The notes under the pieces were generated by a model. That model was not told the origin of the DNA and did no database searches. It worked only from the letters and a program-made list of their open reading frames with translations. From a virus: a DNA stretch of 64,000 nt. The translations under genes were made by a program, and so were the position numbers. The stretch lies in IMG/VR virus record IMGVR_UViG_3300050505_000515. One strand, 5' to 3'. Below, one piece after another: positions 17,659 through 26,869 of the stretch. Position 1 is the first letter of the stretch, and the number at the start of each line of letters is the position of its first letter.

Positions 17659-19604
17659 TCCGACCTCGCGTCGGTCGACGTCACGCGGCCGTCGTTGGCC
17701 AGGTACGTCCGGAGCGTGCCGTTTTCGCCTCCGGACACGCCCGCGGTGTCCGCGATGGCGACGACGACATTGTCGACCAGTCCCGCGCGCGCGAGACTCG
17801 CGAGCCCGGAGAGCAGCTCCGGCCGGTGCACGGGGTGCACCTGCTCGAAGTTGTCGAGGAAGATGCCGACCCATGGCGGACGGCGCACGATCGCGGTCGC
17901 GACGAGGAGCGCGATGGTCGCCCGGTACTTCTCCGAGGACGACATCATCTCGACCGGCACGAACCTCTGCCCGAGCGCGGCGGCCGCGTCACCGGCGTAC
18001 CCGAACGCGACTCCGCCCTTCGCGGGCACGAGCATCCAGTGCGACCCGGGCGGCGCCAGCATCCCGAGCTCCGTGAGCGCGGAGAGGAGCGGCGCCACGC
18101 CGTCGTGGAGCATGCGCTTGCGCACCTGCCGCATCCGGTCCCGCCGGACGCTGAGCACCGCCGCTCGCGCATCCGCCTGGCGGCCAGCCTCGCGCTGACC
18201 GGCGCGCTCGCGCGCGAGCGTGTGGCGCTTCCGGAGCTCCGCGAGCGCCGTGTAGGCCTCGGCGTGGACCTGGTCGGCCTTCTCCACGTCGGCCTCCTTG
18301 CAGCCCGGCAGATGCACCCCGATCGCGGCGAGCTCCGCCTCCCTCGCGTCGCGGCTGCGTTGCAATGACACACGATGCGACGCAAATCCCGAGAGCGCGC
18401 GCTCGTAAGCCTCGACCTCGGCCTTGTGCGCCGTGGCCCTGACGCATGCCTCGTAGAGCACCTGGGCTTGCCTTTCGGCCTGCTCCAGCTCCGCGGTCAG
18501 GGCTTCTTGCTTCTGCTCCGCGTACCCGAGCCGCGCCTTCAGGGTTTGCAGCGTGTGCGCGCTCAGGTGCGACGCACAGATCGGACACTGCGGCGCCGTG
18601 CCGTCCGGCAACGTCCCGAGCGTGTGCTTGAGCATCGACACCTCGGCCTCCACCATCGAGAGCGACTTCGCCGCCGGGTCGAGCGTCTGCTCCTGGAACG
18701 CCCCGTGCGCATCGATCGTCTCGGCGACCGACGGCGATGGCGTCGGCGCCTCCGGGGGCCGGAGCTTCTTCAGCTCCTCGTTCACGGCATCGAGCTCCTC
18801 GCGGACGCGCGCGGCGTCCGCTGTCAGGGTGCGGGCGGCACCGAGCGCGGTCTGGAGACGGCGATACTCCGAGGCCGCAGCGTCGACTCTCTTCTCTGCC
18901 GCCGCAATCTCCTCGTCGGTCGGCTCCGGGTCGACGAGCGCGATCCCCTCGGCGATGGTGGCCGCTTCGCGTGAGACCCGCTGCGCCGCCGTGTAGCGCT
19001 CGTCGAGCCGGAGCAGATTAATCTCCAGGCACGTCGACGGCTCCTCGGACGCGAGCGGGTCCCAGTCCTCGTTCGGCTCGCCGAGCTCCTCGCCGAGGCG
19101 CGCGTGGGTCCAGCCCGCCTTGCCGGCGCACAGGGCAAACGCCCACTGCGTGCGAAGCTCGATCGATTTGCGCCAGATGCTCCGCTCCGCGTCGAACGCG
19201 TCGACCGCGAAGCCGGGTTCGCCGAAGTGCTTCATGATGGTCGCCTCGGCGTCGTGCACCTTGCGGCTGGCGGCGACGCCGGATCCCATCGTCCGGAGCC
19301 GATGGCCCTTGCTCCCGCACCCGCGCTCGATGATGAGCTCCTGGTCCGGGCCGTCGCGGCGGGGCTGGAGCGAGTAGAGCCGGACGAGGAAGCCTTCGTC
19401 CGGGTCGCGGGCGAGTGGCTTGATGTCGTCGACGTGGGTGCCGATGACGCCGGGGTAGCGTCCGGTCAGGCCGTAGGCGATGGCGCCGAGCACGGTCGAC
19501 TTGCCGCCGCCGTTCGGGCCGGCGATGACGGTGACCGGAGCGAGCGGGACGGTGACGCCGCCGAGGGTGCGGAGCCCCTCGATCCGGACCTCGGTCAGAC
19601 GCAC
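17655..19604 (-). CDS. Rad50/SbcC-like ABC ATPase with zinc hook
   Basis: IEGLR, GPNGGGKS, central CPIC within coiled coil, MMSSSEK signature, IFLDNFE Walker B. Confidence 0.85.
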   Translation of the reverse strand: MRLTEVRIEGLRTLGGVTVPLAPVTVIAGPNGGGKSTVLGAIAYGLTGRYPGVIGTHVDDIKPLARDPDEGFLVRLYSLQPRRDGPDQELIIERGCGSKGHRLRTMGSGVAASRKVHDAEATIMKHFGEPGFAVDAFDAERSIWRKSIELRTQWAFALCAGKAGWTHARLGEELGEPNEDWDPLASEEPSTCLEINLLRLDERYTAAQRVSREAATIAEGIALVDPEPTDEEIAAAEKRVDAAASEYRRLQTALGAARTLTADAARVREELDAVNEELKKLRPPEAPTPSPSVAETIDAHGAFQEQTLDPAAKSLSMVEAEVSMLKHTLGTLPDGTAPQCPICASHLSAHTLQTLKARLGYAEQKQEALTAELEQAERQAQVLYEACVRATAHKAEVEAYERALSGFASHRVSLQRSRDAREAELAAIGVHLPGCKEADVEKADQVHAEAYTALAELRKRHTLARERAGQREAGRQADARAAVLSVRRDRMRQVRKRMLHDGVAPLLSALTELGMLAPPGSHWMLVPAKGGVAFGYAGDAAAALGQRFVPVEMMSSSEKYRATIALLVATAIVRRPPWVGIFLDNFEQVHPVHRPELLSGLASLARAGLVDNVVVAIADTAGVSGGENGTLRTYLANDGRVTSTDARSE

Positions 19605-19741
19605 GAGCGGCCGCCTTCGTACTTCTGCGCGTGTCGGCCGCAGAGCCACATCCACATGCGCCAGAGGCCCCGGCCCCCCACCATCACGTGGTGGCGCGCC
19701 CATCGCCCGCAGCCCCAGACCTCACATCGCGTCTCGTCCAC
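19595..19741 (-). CDS. small putative Zn-finger protein
   Basis: SD AGGAGG, GTG; C..WGC...LCGRH. Confidence 0.45.
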   Translation of the reverse strand: MDETRCEVWGCGRWARHHVMVGGRGLWRMWMWLCGRHAQKYEGGRSCV

Positions 19742-19766
19742 GCCTGTCCTCCTCCTGAACGAGTGC

Positions 19767-19807
19767 ACCCTACGCCGTTCTCGCCTGGCGGTCAATTCTG
19801 ACCGTCA
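19767..19807 (-). promoter_or_regulatory. sigma70-type promoter TTGACC-17-TAGGGT overlapped by palindrome CGGTCA-N4-TGACCG
   Basis: exact 17-bp spacing; 19-mer TGACGGTCAGAATTGACCG also at 46795-46813. Confidence 0.7.
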
Positions 19808-19841
19808 CCCAGTTGACGGGAGCAAAATCCCCTGGCAGCCT
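19802..19841 (+). promoter_or_regulatory. divergent promoter TTGACG-17-CAGCCT with palindrome CCGTCA-N6-TGACGG
   Basis: directly upstream of the XRE gene ATG at 19853. Confidence 0.5.
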
Positions 19842-19852
19842 AGGGCACTAGG

Positions 19853-20140
19853 ATGCAAGCAGCGGACAAGTCCGGGTCGAAACGAAAGCGCAAGGCGGAG
19901 CCTGGTGAGGAGACGGGGGAGGCGATCCTCCGGTGGCGCGTCTCCGGCGCCACCATCTCCAAGGAGGAGCTCGCCGCCCACCTCGGCCGCTCGATGTCGA
20001 CCATCCAGCGCTGGGAACGCGGCGCGCAGGAGCCGCGTCTCTCCGACGTGCGCGCGATGGAGGAGTACAAGCCCGGGCTCGTGGCGCTGCTCTTCCCGCG
20101 TACGAAGGCGCCTGCCCACCAAAACGGAAGCCGCGCGTGA
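19853..20140 (+). CDS. XRE/Cro-C1-family HTH regulator
   Basis: SKEELAAHLGRSMSTIQRWERGAQEPRL. Confidence 0.8.
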   Translation: MQAADKSGSKRKRKAEPGEETGEAILRWRVSGATISKEELAAHLGRSMSTIQRWERGAQEPRLSDVRAMEEYKPGLVALLFPRTKAPAHQNGSRA

Positions 20141-20358
20141 GCATCGACTGGTCCAAGTTCGACGGGGACCCCGAGATGACGATCACGTGCGGCTGCGGCT
20201 CCGTCTTCCGGAGCCACGCGAAGTTCGTGAACGTGCCCGAGCCGCACGTCGAGACGCGCAAGCCGTGCCCCGCGTGCGGCAAGACCGACCGCGTCCGCTC
20301 AGCACGAGGAGAACCGGAGTCGTACACCATCCGCAAGGACGACATCGGCAAGCCGTGA
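20137..20358 (+). CDS. Zn-ribbon protein
   Basis: CGCG...CPACG; coupled. Confidence 0.55.
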   Translation: MSIDWSKFDGDPEMTITCGCGSVFRSHAKFVNVPEPHVETRKPCPACGKTDRVRSARGEPESYTIRKDDIGKP

Positions 20359-20627
20359 AGAGACGAGAGGGCACCCGGCGCGACAAGCGCGTCAAGGGCT
20401 GGACGCACCTGTCGTCGTGCGGGCGCTGGCTCTTCGTCCGGCTCCCGATCCGGGGCGGCCTCTACATCCGCACGCACCCGTGCGTGGCCTCCGTCGCGTG
20501 TCCGACGTGCGGAGCCGCGCGCGAGGAGCCGTGCAAGAGCGGCCCGCGCGACCGCGACCAGGGCCCGAAGACGGAGGCGCACTACCAGCGCCGCTACCTC
20601 GCGTCCGGCCGGAAAGCTCCAGCATGA
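20355..20627 (+). CDS. phage Zn-finger protein
   Basis: VACPTCGA..EPC...H..R. Confidence 0.55.
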   Translation: MKRREGTRRDKRVKGWTHLSSCGRWLFVRLPIRGGLYIRTHPCVASVACPTCGAAREEPCKSGPRDRDQGPKTEAHYQRRYLASGRKAPA

Positions 20628-21121
20628 GCCACGCCGACGACTACCGCGAGCTCCTCCGCCAGCTGCTCCGGCGGCGCTGGGCCGAGGGCCCACTCGAAGA
20701 CGAGGTCGAGTGCGACTACACTGCCCGCTTCGAGGACATCTGGGACGCGATGACGCCCGACGAGCGCGAGACCCAAGATCAGTGGACCCGGAAGAACCGC
20801 ATCCACGCCGTCGTTTTCGAGGAGGGTGATGGAGAGCCTGGCTGGGCCGCGCGCTGTCTCGCCTACAACATCGTCGGCAAGGGAACATCGAAGAGAGCCG
20901 CGATCGAGGACCTGAAGCTCGCGGTCGTCCGGTACGCCCACCTCTTGCGGCAGCCCGTACTCACCCACGTGCATCCGCCTCCCCCAAGCGTCATCGACTG
21001 GGCCGTCGGCAAGCTCATCGCGCGCATCATGCTTCGTGGGACCAAGGGCGACGAACTGCTGTTCATCGAGCCCGAGCAGAAGTCCGAGGCGTGGACGCTT
21101 TACGTCGTGGATCTAAGCTAG
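20624..21121 (+). CDS. hypothetical protein with possible HicB-like domain
   Basis: WAARCLAYNIVGKGTSKRAAIEDLK. Confidence 0.5.
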   Translation: MSHADDYRELLRQLLRRRWAEGPLEDEVECDYTARFEDIWDAMTPDERETQDQWTRKNRIHAVVFEEGDGEPGWAARCLAYNIVGKGTSKRAAIEDLKLAVVRYAHLLRQPVLTHVHPPPPSVIDWAVGKLIARIMLRGTKGDELLFIEPEQKSEAWTLYVVDLS

Positions 21122-21128
21122 GCGGATC

Positions 21129-22841
21129 ATGTTCGAGGTGACTGGGCTCGTCGTGTCGGCGCGGCCGCGGCCCGACGGCTCGTTCGCGGTCACGCTCGGG
21201 CCCGGACCGGAGACGTACTGGTACGTCGCACCAGACCCGCCGCGGCTCGGCTCGAAGGTCCAGGTCTCGGCCGAAGACTTCACCCGACGGCGCGTCGGCG
21301 ACGGCCCGCTCGCCGTCACGGTCCTGCGGAGCGCGAAGCAGACGGTGATCCCGGCCGTCGGCTACACCCCGCGCGTCGTCGCGCAGAAGTGGCTCGACCG
21401 CGTGCAGGCCGCGATGTACCGGCCGCTCCTTCGCTACCAGGTCGAGGGCGCCGGCTGGGCCGCGTCCCGCCTCGCCGCGGGCAAGGGCGCCATCGTCGGC
21501 GACGAGCCTGGGCTCGGCAAGACGTGTCAGGCGATCGCGGCCGTGGTCGCGACCGAGTGCTTCCCGACGATCGTCGTCTGCCCGAAGAGCCTCAAGCTCA
21601 ACTGGGGCAAAGAATTCGGCTGGTGCAACCGCGAGCTGTCGATCGAGTACGTGCACGGACGCCGCGGCCCGGTCGCGCCGGCCGACGTGGTCGTGCTCTC
21701 GTACGAGCTGCTCCGCTACCGCGAGGCCGACCTCGCCCGCATCGGCGCGCGCTCGCTCATCTACGACGAGGGTCACGTGCTCAAGGAGCCGCGGCCGGCG
21801 GCTCTGCATCGCGCCATGTGCGCGACCAGGCTAGCAGCGTGGATCGGCCGCGCGCTCATCCTGACCGGGACGCCCGTCCAGAACCGCCCCGCGGAATTCT
21901 GGCGCCTGCTCCACATCGTCGACCCGTCCGAGTGGCCGAGCTACGACGACTTCCGCGAGCGCTACTGCGTCGCGCCTCCGTCGGACGAGGAAGGGAGCCG
22001 ACCCGGCCAGCGCATCGTCACGAGCTACGGCCGGGCCGAGCACCTCGACGAGCTGCGCGCCCGGTTCGAGCCGGCGATGCTCCGGCGCCTGAAGAGCGAG
22101 GTCCTCGTGGACCTGCCCCCGAAGTCGCGCCGCTCGCGCCTGATCGAGCTCGACCCGTTCGACATGCAGCGCTACCGCGCGGCCGAGAGCGACGTCGTCG
22201 CGTGGCTCCGGACCCAGGGCAGCGGCGCGCGCGCGCACCGGGCCACCAGGGCTCTGGCGCTCGTGAAGTTCCGGCACCTCCGGGAGATCGCCGCCATCGG
22301 CAAGCTCCGGACGGCTCTGCCCGAGTACCTGACCGAGTGGTTCGACCGGACCGAGGTCGAGCCGCTCGTCATCTTCGCCTACCACCGGAGCGTGCTCTAC
22401 GGGACCGCCGAGCACGGCGGCGTGGTCGACCTCTGCCGATCGATGGGCCTGCGGGCCGTCGGCATCGGCGGCCGCGACTCCGACGCCTACCGCCAGGCCG
22501 CCGTCGACGCCTTCGACCGTGGCGAGGCGGAGGTCTTCATCGCCCCCATTGCCTCGGCCGGGGTGGGCCTTAACCTCCAGCGCGCCTCGAACACGCTCTT
22601 CCTGGAGCGGGTTTGGGTGCCGGCCCAGATGACCCAGGCCGAGGACCGCGTCCACCGGATCGGCCAGACCAAGAAGGTGGTCGCCACCTACCTCGACGCA
22701 GCTGGGACCATAGACGAGCACCTGGCGCACGTCGCCGACCAGAAGCAAGAGCTCATCGTACGTGTGGTAGACGACCGAACCGTGAGCGAGGACGAGCAGT
22801 TTGCGACCGCGGCGGTGCTCATGTCCCGGTACGCGGCGTAG
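21129..22841 (+). CDS. SNF2/HARP-like SF2 helicase
   Basis: DEPGLGKT, DEGH, LTGTPVQN, GVGLNL, QAEDRVHRIGQ. Confidence 0.92.
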   Translation: MFEVTGLVVSARPRPDGSFAVTLGPGPETYWYVAPDPPRLGSKVQVSAEDFTRRRVGDGPLAVTVLRSAKQTVIPAVGYTPRVVAQKWLDRVQAAMYRPLLRYQVEGAGWAASRLAAGKGAIVGDEPGLGKTCQAIAAVVATECFPTIVVCPKSLKLNWGKEFGWCNRELSIEYVHGRRGPVAPADVVVLSYELLRYREADLARIGARSLIYDEGHVLKEPRPAALHRAMCATRLAAWIGRALILTGTPVQNRPAEFWRLLHIVDPSEWPSYDDFRERYCVAPPSDEEGSRPGQRIVTSYGRAEHLDELRARFEPAMLRRLKSEVLVDLPPKSRRSRLIELDPFDMQRYRAAESDVVAWLRTQGSGARAHRATRALALVKFRHLREIAAIGKLRTALPEYLTEWFDRTEVEPLVIFAYHRSVLYGTAEHGGVVDLCRSMGLRAVGIGGRDSDAYRQAAVDAFDRGEAEVFIAPIASAGVGLNLQRASNTLFLERVWVPAQMTQAEDRVHRIGQTKKVVATYLDAAGTIDEHLAHVADQKQELIVRVVDDRTVSEDEQFATAAVLMSRYAA

Positions 22842-22880
22842 GGGAATTGACTAGCGCTCCGTAGAATGCGAGCATCAGCC

Positions 22881-23267
22881 ATGCCAGTGCGCTACGACAC
22901 CGTGGGACGCCAGGCGCTGGCCGGCGCCATCGCGGAGCTCCGCGAGAAACGGCGCCTGAACCAGCGCTGGGTCGCGGCCGCGCTCGGGGTCACGCAGGGG
23001 GCGGTCTCGGAGTGGATCCGAGGAATTTCCCGACCGACCGTGGGCAATGCCCTCTGCCTCCACAAGCTCTTCGGCATCCCGCTCGACGCCTGGCTCACCG
23101 ACGAGGAGCGCCGGGCCGTGGTGCGGGCGGAGACCGAGGCCTGCCGCCTCCAGCGCTCCCCCTTGCCGGAGCGCCAGGGCGCCTCCAGGGGCCGAAAGCC
23201 GAGCGTGGAGGACGGTCCCCTCAAGAACCAGATCCCCCTCTTCGAGGGCGCCACAGGAACCGTATGA
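22881..23267 (+). CDS. XRE-family HTH regulator
   Basis: LNQRWVAAALGVTQGAVSEWIRGISRP. Confidence 0.75.
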   Translation: MPVRYDTVGRQALAGAIAELREKRRLNQRWVAAALGVTQGAVSEWIRGISRPTVGNALCLHKLFGIPLDAWLTDEERRAVVRAETEACRLQRSPLPERQGASRGRKPSVEDGPLKNQIPLFEGATGTV

Positions 23268-23611
23268 GCAACCGGAACGAGCGCAGAGTCATCCGCCGGC
23301 GGACCAAGATGGCCCTGCCGGACGGCATCGAGAGCAAGGTCATGGCCTACCTCATCGGCGAGATGGCCGCCGAGGGCGCCGGTGTGCTCCACCGCCTCGA
23401 CCAGGACGTCGGCGGCCCGCACAAGCCTGGTCACGCGATTGACCGGGCCATGGACGCCGTGGCCGCCATGGAGCGCGCCGCGCTCTCGGGCGACCCCGTG
23501 ACCTACGCCCACGCCGCGGTCGAGGCGCTCTTCCTCGTGCGCGACATCGCGGTCTCGCAGGGCAAGATCAAGGTCTCGGCGGCGCCTTCCGACGGCGCCC
23601 AGCCGAACTAG
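23264..23611 (+). CDS. hypothetical protein
   Basis: ATGA coupling. Confidence 0.55.
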   Translation: MSNRNERRVIRRRTKMALPDGIESKVMAYLIGEMAAEGAGVLHRLDQDVGGPHKPGHAIDRAMDAVAAMERAALSGDPVTYAHAAVEALFLVRDIAVSQGKIKVSAAPSDGAQPN

Positions 23612-23871
23612 GTCGCCTTCGGCTTCCGGAAGAAGAAGTACCAGGCCGAGCCGCCGACCAGGGCCGCGGCGCCGATGAGGTAGTAGGTGAGCGGGATCCC
23701 GCCGCCGCTCGTGGCGCCCTTCATGAGGGAGGTACAGCGCGCGGTGTTGGCGGTCCCAGGATGCGCCTTGCCCTTGGCGATCTCCTCGCGCATGCACTGG
23801 GTCCACGCGGGCCCGAAGTCGAAGGTGATCTTGGGGGCGGTGGTCGCGCCGAAGCCGGGGTAGCCGTTCAC
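23608..23871 (-). CDS. small protein with C-terminal TM and basic tail
   Basis: SD GGAGG; YLIGAAALVGGSAWYFFFRKPK. Confidence 0.55.
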   Translation of the reverse strand: MNGYPGFGATTAPKITFDFGPAWTQCMREEIAKGKAHPGTANTARCTSLMKGATSGGGIPLTYYLIGAAALVGGSAWYFFFRKPKAT

Positions 23872-23945
23872 GTGGGAACCTCCGGACACAAGCGTACACG
23901 GCCGCCCGATGGCCGTCCACTGGACAGATGGGCTAGCCTGTACGC

Positions 23946-24317
23946 ATGCTCGAAGTCCTCGCTGTCATCGTGGTCGTCGGCCTCTTCCTCTGGGCGATCA
24001 ACGCGCTCATCCCGATGCAAGCGCAGTACAAGAACGCCCTGAACGTCCTGGCGATCTTCTTCCTCTGCGTCTGGCTGATCACCCTGTTCCTGCCGGGGCT
24101 CACCGCCTCGATCATGGCGTTCAAGATCGGCTCGGTGCCGGCGGTGCACGTGCTCGGGGTCATCGTCATCGTCGGGCTCGCCCTCTGGGTGGTCGACGCC
24201 ATCGTGCCGATGAAGGCGCAGTTCAAGAAGGCCCTGTACGTCGTGGCGGTGCTCTTCCTCTGCCTCTGGCTGATCACCCTCTTCGTGCCGAACCTGACCA
24301 GCCACCTCGGGCACTGA
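23946..24317 (+). CDS. membrane protein of two tandem Thivi_2564-like units
   Basis: VIV.VGL.LW....IPM...K.AL.V..V.FLC.WL.TLF occurs twice. Confidence 0.7.
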   Translation: MLEVLAVIVVVGLFLWAINALIPMQAQYKNALNVLAIFFLCVWLITLFLPGLTASIMAFKIGSVPAVHVLGVIVIVGLALWVVDAIVPMKAQFKKALYVVAVLFLCLWLITLFVPNLTSHLGH

Positions 24318-24318
24318 C

Positions 24319-24546
24319 GTGCGCGCGGCCCTGCTCAGCGTCGTCCTCGCCGCCGGCTGCACCGACGCGCCGGTGCCCGTTCCGGCTGCCTCCGCGGCCG
24401 CGGGCGCCGGCGGCGCGTGCGCCCTCGGCGACTGGCGCTGCTGCCAGGGCGCCGAGGTCCTGGAGCCCGTCTGCAAGGACGGGACGCTCACCTGCCTGGA
24501 CGGCTACGACACCTGCGAGCCGGACGGCGGGTCGTCAGCTCCCTGA
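24319..24546 (+). CDS. Cys-rich lipoprotein
   Basis: lipobox LAAGC; ends CEPDGG. Confidence 0.55.
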   Translation: MRAALLSVVLAAGCTDAPVPVPAASAAAGAGGACALGDWRCCQGAEVLEPVCKDGTLTCLDGYDTCEPDGGSSAP

Positions 24547-25256
24547 CCGGCGGCGAGCCGGGCGCCGAGGTGGGTCTCGCGCCCACGGGCGCGGCCGGCG
24601 AGGTGGGCGTCCACCCGCTGCATCCCGAACTCCAGGCTGGAGCGGCCGACGTCCTCCTTCGTGAGCTCCTTCACGAGTCGCTGCACGTGCCGGAGCGCCG
24701 CGTCCTGCCGCTCGTCCGAGATCCGAACGAGCGCACGCGAATCCTCGGCGCCGCCATGGCGCGCGCGCGCGAGCTGGTCCTTGATCCCGTACACGAACCC
24801 GAGCCGCCACGAGCTCGCCCCGAGCGGGCCTTGCCCCTTCGTCTCCGAGAGCCCGAGCCTGGCGATGTCGACCGAGAGCCACGCGAAGAGCGCGCGCACG
24901 ATCTCGATGTCGTCGGGGCGGCCGGCGAGGAGCGTGTCCTCGCGCCGCTTCTTGCCCCTCTCCTTCGGGAGCTGGCGGCGGAAGCAGACGACGCCGTAGT
25001 GCGCGGCGAGGACGTGCAGGAGCGCCGAGCGCCAGGGCTGGCGCTTCGTGTAGCTGTACGCCGGCTCGGACGAGAGCACGACCTCGGTCGTCGGGCGATC
25101 GCCGGCCGCCTCGATCTGCTCCTCGCGGAGCTGGTAGCGGGCGATCATCCGGTCGAGCGCGAGCGCCGCCGCCTCGGCCTCGTGGGGCGAGCCGCGGCGC
25201 GAGAGCGTCCGAAGAGCGTGCGCCCGCTTCAGGATGACTTCGAGCGCGGGCTTCAT
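24504..25256 (-). CDS. DUF2786-domain protein
   Basis: ALRTLS..SPHEAEAAALALDRMIARYQL; SWRLGFVYGI. Confidence 0.72.
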   Translation of the reverse strand: MKPALEVILKRAHALRTLSRRGSPHEAEAAALALDRMIARYQLREEQIEAAGDRPTTEVVLSSEPAYSYTKRQPWRSALLHVLAAHYGVVCFRRQLPKERGKKRREDTLLAGRPDDIEIVRALFAWLSVDIARLGLSETKGQGPLGASSWRLGFVYGIKDQLARARHGGAEDSRALVRISDERQDAALRHVQRLVKELTKEDVGRSSLEFGMQRVDAHLAGRARGRETHLGARLAAGQGADDPPSGSQVS

Positions 25257-25465
25257 GGGAGCCGCCGAGTCCCGAGACCGTCGGTGTAGAGCGTCTCGAT
25301 CGTCTCGCGCCACGAAGCGACCAGGGCGCGCTGCTGCTCCACCACGTCCTCGCCCGGACGCCTCAGCGTGAACCCGTCGGTCGGGTGATACCCGCCCGCG
25401 CCCGCGAAGGCGTAGAGGTCTCGCTCCTGCATCCGCCAGGCGCAGCCATAGCCCCAGGCGCTCAC
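25253..25465 (-). CDS. hypothetical protein
   Basis: coupled. Confidence 0.45.
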   Translation of the reverse strand: MSAWGYGCAWRMQERDLYAFAGAGGYHPTDGFTLRRPGEDVVEQQRALVASWRETIETLYTDGLGTRRLP

Positions 25466-25782
25466 GATGCCCGCCTACGGCGGTAGACCGGCACGGCCTC
25501 ACCGGGCTGCGGCCGCGGCTTCTTCGCCCGCTTCGCCCGCTCCGACGGAGGTACTCGCACCACGCGGTCCTCGCGCGCCCACGTGCGGCTCTGATCGGTC
25601 GTGGATTCGAGCTCGACCCAGCCCATCTCCCGGAAGACGACCTTCCAGGTCTCGCGCACGGCGCGGCCGTGGGGCCTGTCGATGTCGAGCACCCGCTCGT
25701 TCTGGAAGTGGTAGCTCGTCTTGCACTGCGGGCCGGCTGCGTCGCAGAGCGCGCACCGGAGGCGCACCTCCTGGCCGATCAT
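25462..25782 (-). CDS. hypothetical protein
   Basis: coupled; CALC. Confidence 0.5.
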   Translation of the reverse strand: MIGQEVRLRCALCDAAGPQCKTSYHFQNERVLDIDRPHGRAVRETWKVVFREMGWVELESTTDQSRTWAREDRVVRVPPSERAKRAKKPRPQPGEAVPVYRRRRAS

Positions 25783-26015
25783 GCCGCACGTCCAGGCCGG
25801 CAGAGCCGAACCATCGGCGCCAGGTAGGCGAGCGCCTGCGCCCAGCCGCTGTCCGCGATGCCGTCCCATGCCGAGGTGCCCCAGTGCCGGCCGGTCTTGA
25901 CCGCAAAGTTGCCGCGCGCGATCCAGCCGAGGTGGGAGCCCTTCCAGCGCTTCTGCAGGATGCGCGCGTGGCGGACGAGGCGCCGCGTCCGCCGGTCCAT
26001 GAACCGCTTCTTCAC
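25779..26015 (-). CDS. basic hypothetical protein
   Basis: coupled. Confidence 0.45.
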   Translation of the reverse strand: MKKRFMDRRTRRLVRHARILQKRWKGSHLGWIARGNFAVKTGRHWGTSAWDGIADSGWAQALAYLAPMVRLCRPGRAA

Positions 26016-26869
26016 GCTGCGTCCTCCAGGTACCCACACGCCGTGGCCTTGGTGGCCCTGACCTCGGCGCCGCAGACGGCGCACGGCTTGCGCTTGCCGG
26101 TCGGGCGCCCCTGCACGTAGAGCGGGAGCGGCGGCGCGCGGTAGCCGGTCACGTTGCCGTCTGCGTCCTTCGTCGAGCGGTAGCCCATGATCGAGAGCTT
26201 CTTGCCCGAGCGTGTCGGCGGCTTGTCGACTTCGAGCCTGGCCACCTCGGCGAAGACCGCGGGCAGCTCGCGCGCGAGCGTCTTCCAGTCCGTGAGCGAG
26301 CCGTACGGGCAGAAGACGCACGCGCTCTTGCGCGGCACCGGGTAGCCGGCCGCGCGCACGAGCGCTTCGCAGCGGCAGCGGCAGAGGCCCTTCTCGATCA
26401 GGGGGAAGCGGTTCTTGCGGTGGCCCTTCTCCTCGCCGGCGTTCGGGTCCTGCGCGGCGCGGCGCTCCTCGCCGGCCTCGAACCCGATCCACACGCGCAC
26501 GTCCTCGCCGGGGAACCGGTCCGCCATCCACCGCTCGAACCGCTCGACCTTGGCGATGCGCGTGCAGATCCGGTTCGGGCCGGCGACGGGGATCTGGTGG
26601 CGCGCCTGCATCCAGGCGAAGAGCGACGAGGCTCCGCGCACCGGGTAGCTCTCGGTGTCCAGCCACACGAACTCGATGCCGTGCGCTGCACAGAGAGGCA
26701 TCACCACCTCGCGCATGTGCCGGTAGGTGCCGGGCCACTCGCCGGGCGCCGTGCCGTCGGAGACGTCGACGAAGACGCACACCTCGGGCGGGGCGCCGTC
26801 GGCGATGGCAGTCAGCAGCAGCATCGCGAACGAGTCGAGGCCGCCGCCGTACGAGAGGACCTCACGCAT
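26012..26869 (-). CDS. PAPS-reductase/PP-loop family protein (paralog 1)
   Basis: SYGGGLDS, RICT, WIGFEAGE..R, FPL, PRKSACVFCPY. Confidence 0.8.
   Translation of the reverse strand: MREVLSYGGGLDSFAMLLLTAIADGAPPEVCVFVDVSDGTAPGEWPGTYRHMREVVMPLCAAHGIEFVWLDTESYPVRGASSLFAWMQARHQIPVAGPNRICTRIAKVERFERWMADRFPGEDVRVWIGFEAGEERRAAQDPNAGEEKGHRKNRFPLIEKGLCRCRCEALVRAAGYPVPRKSACVFCPYGSLTDWKTLARELPAVFAEVARLEVDKPPTRSGKKLSIMGYRSTKDADGNVTGYRAPPLPLYVQGRPTGKRKPCAVCGAEVRATKATACGYLEDAA

Noticed and set aside
22847-22867. TTGACT...TAGAAT promoter
   Set aside because: The spacing is 9 bp, incompatible with sigma70.
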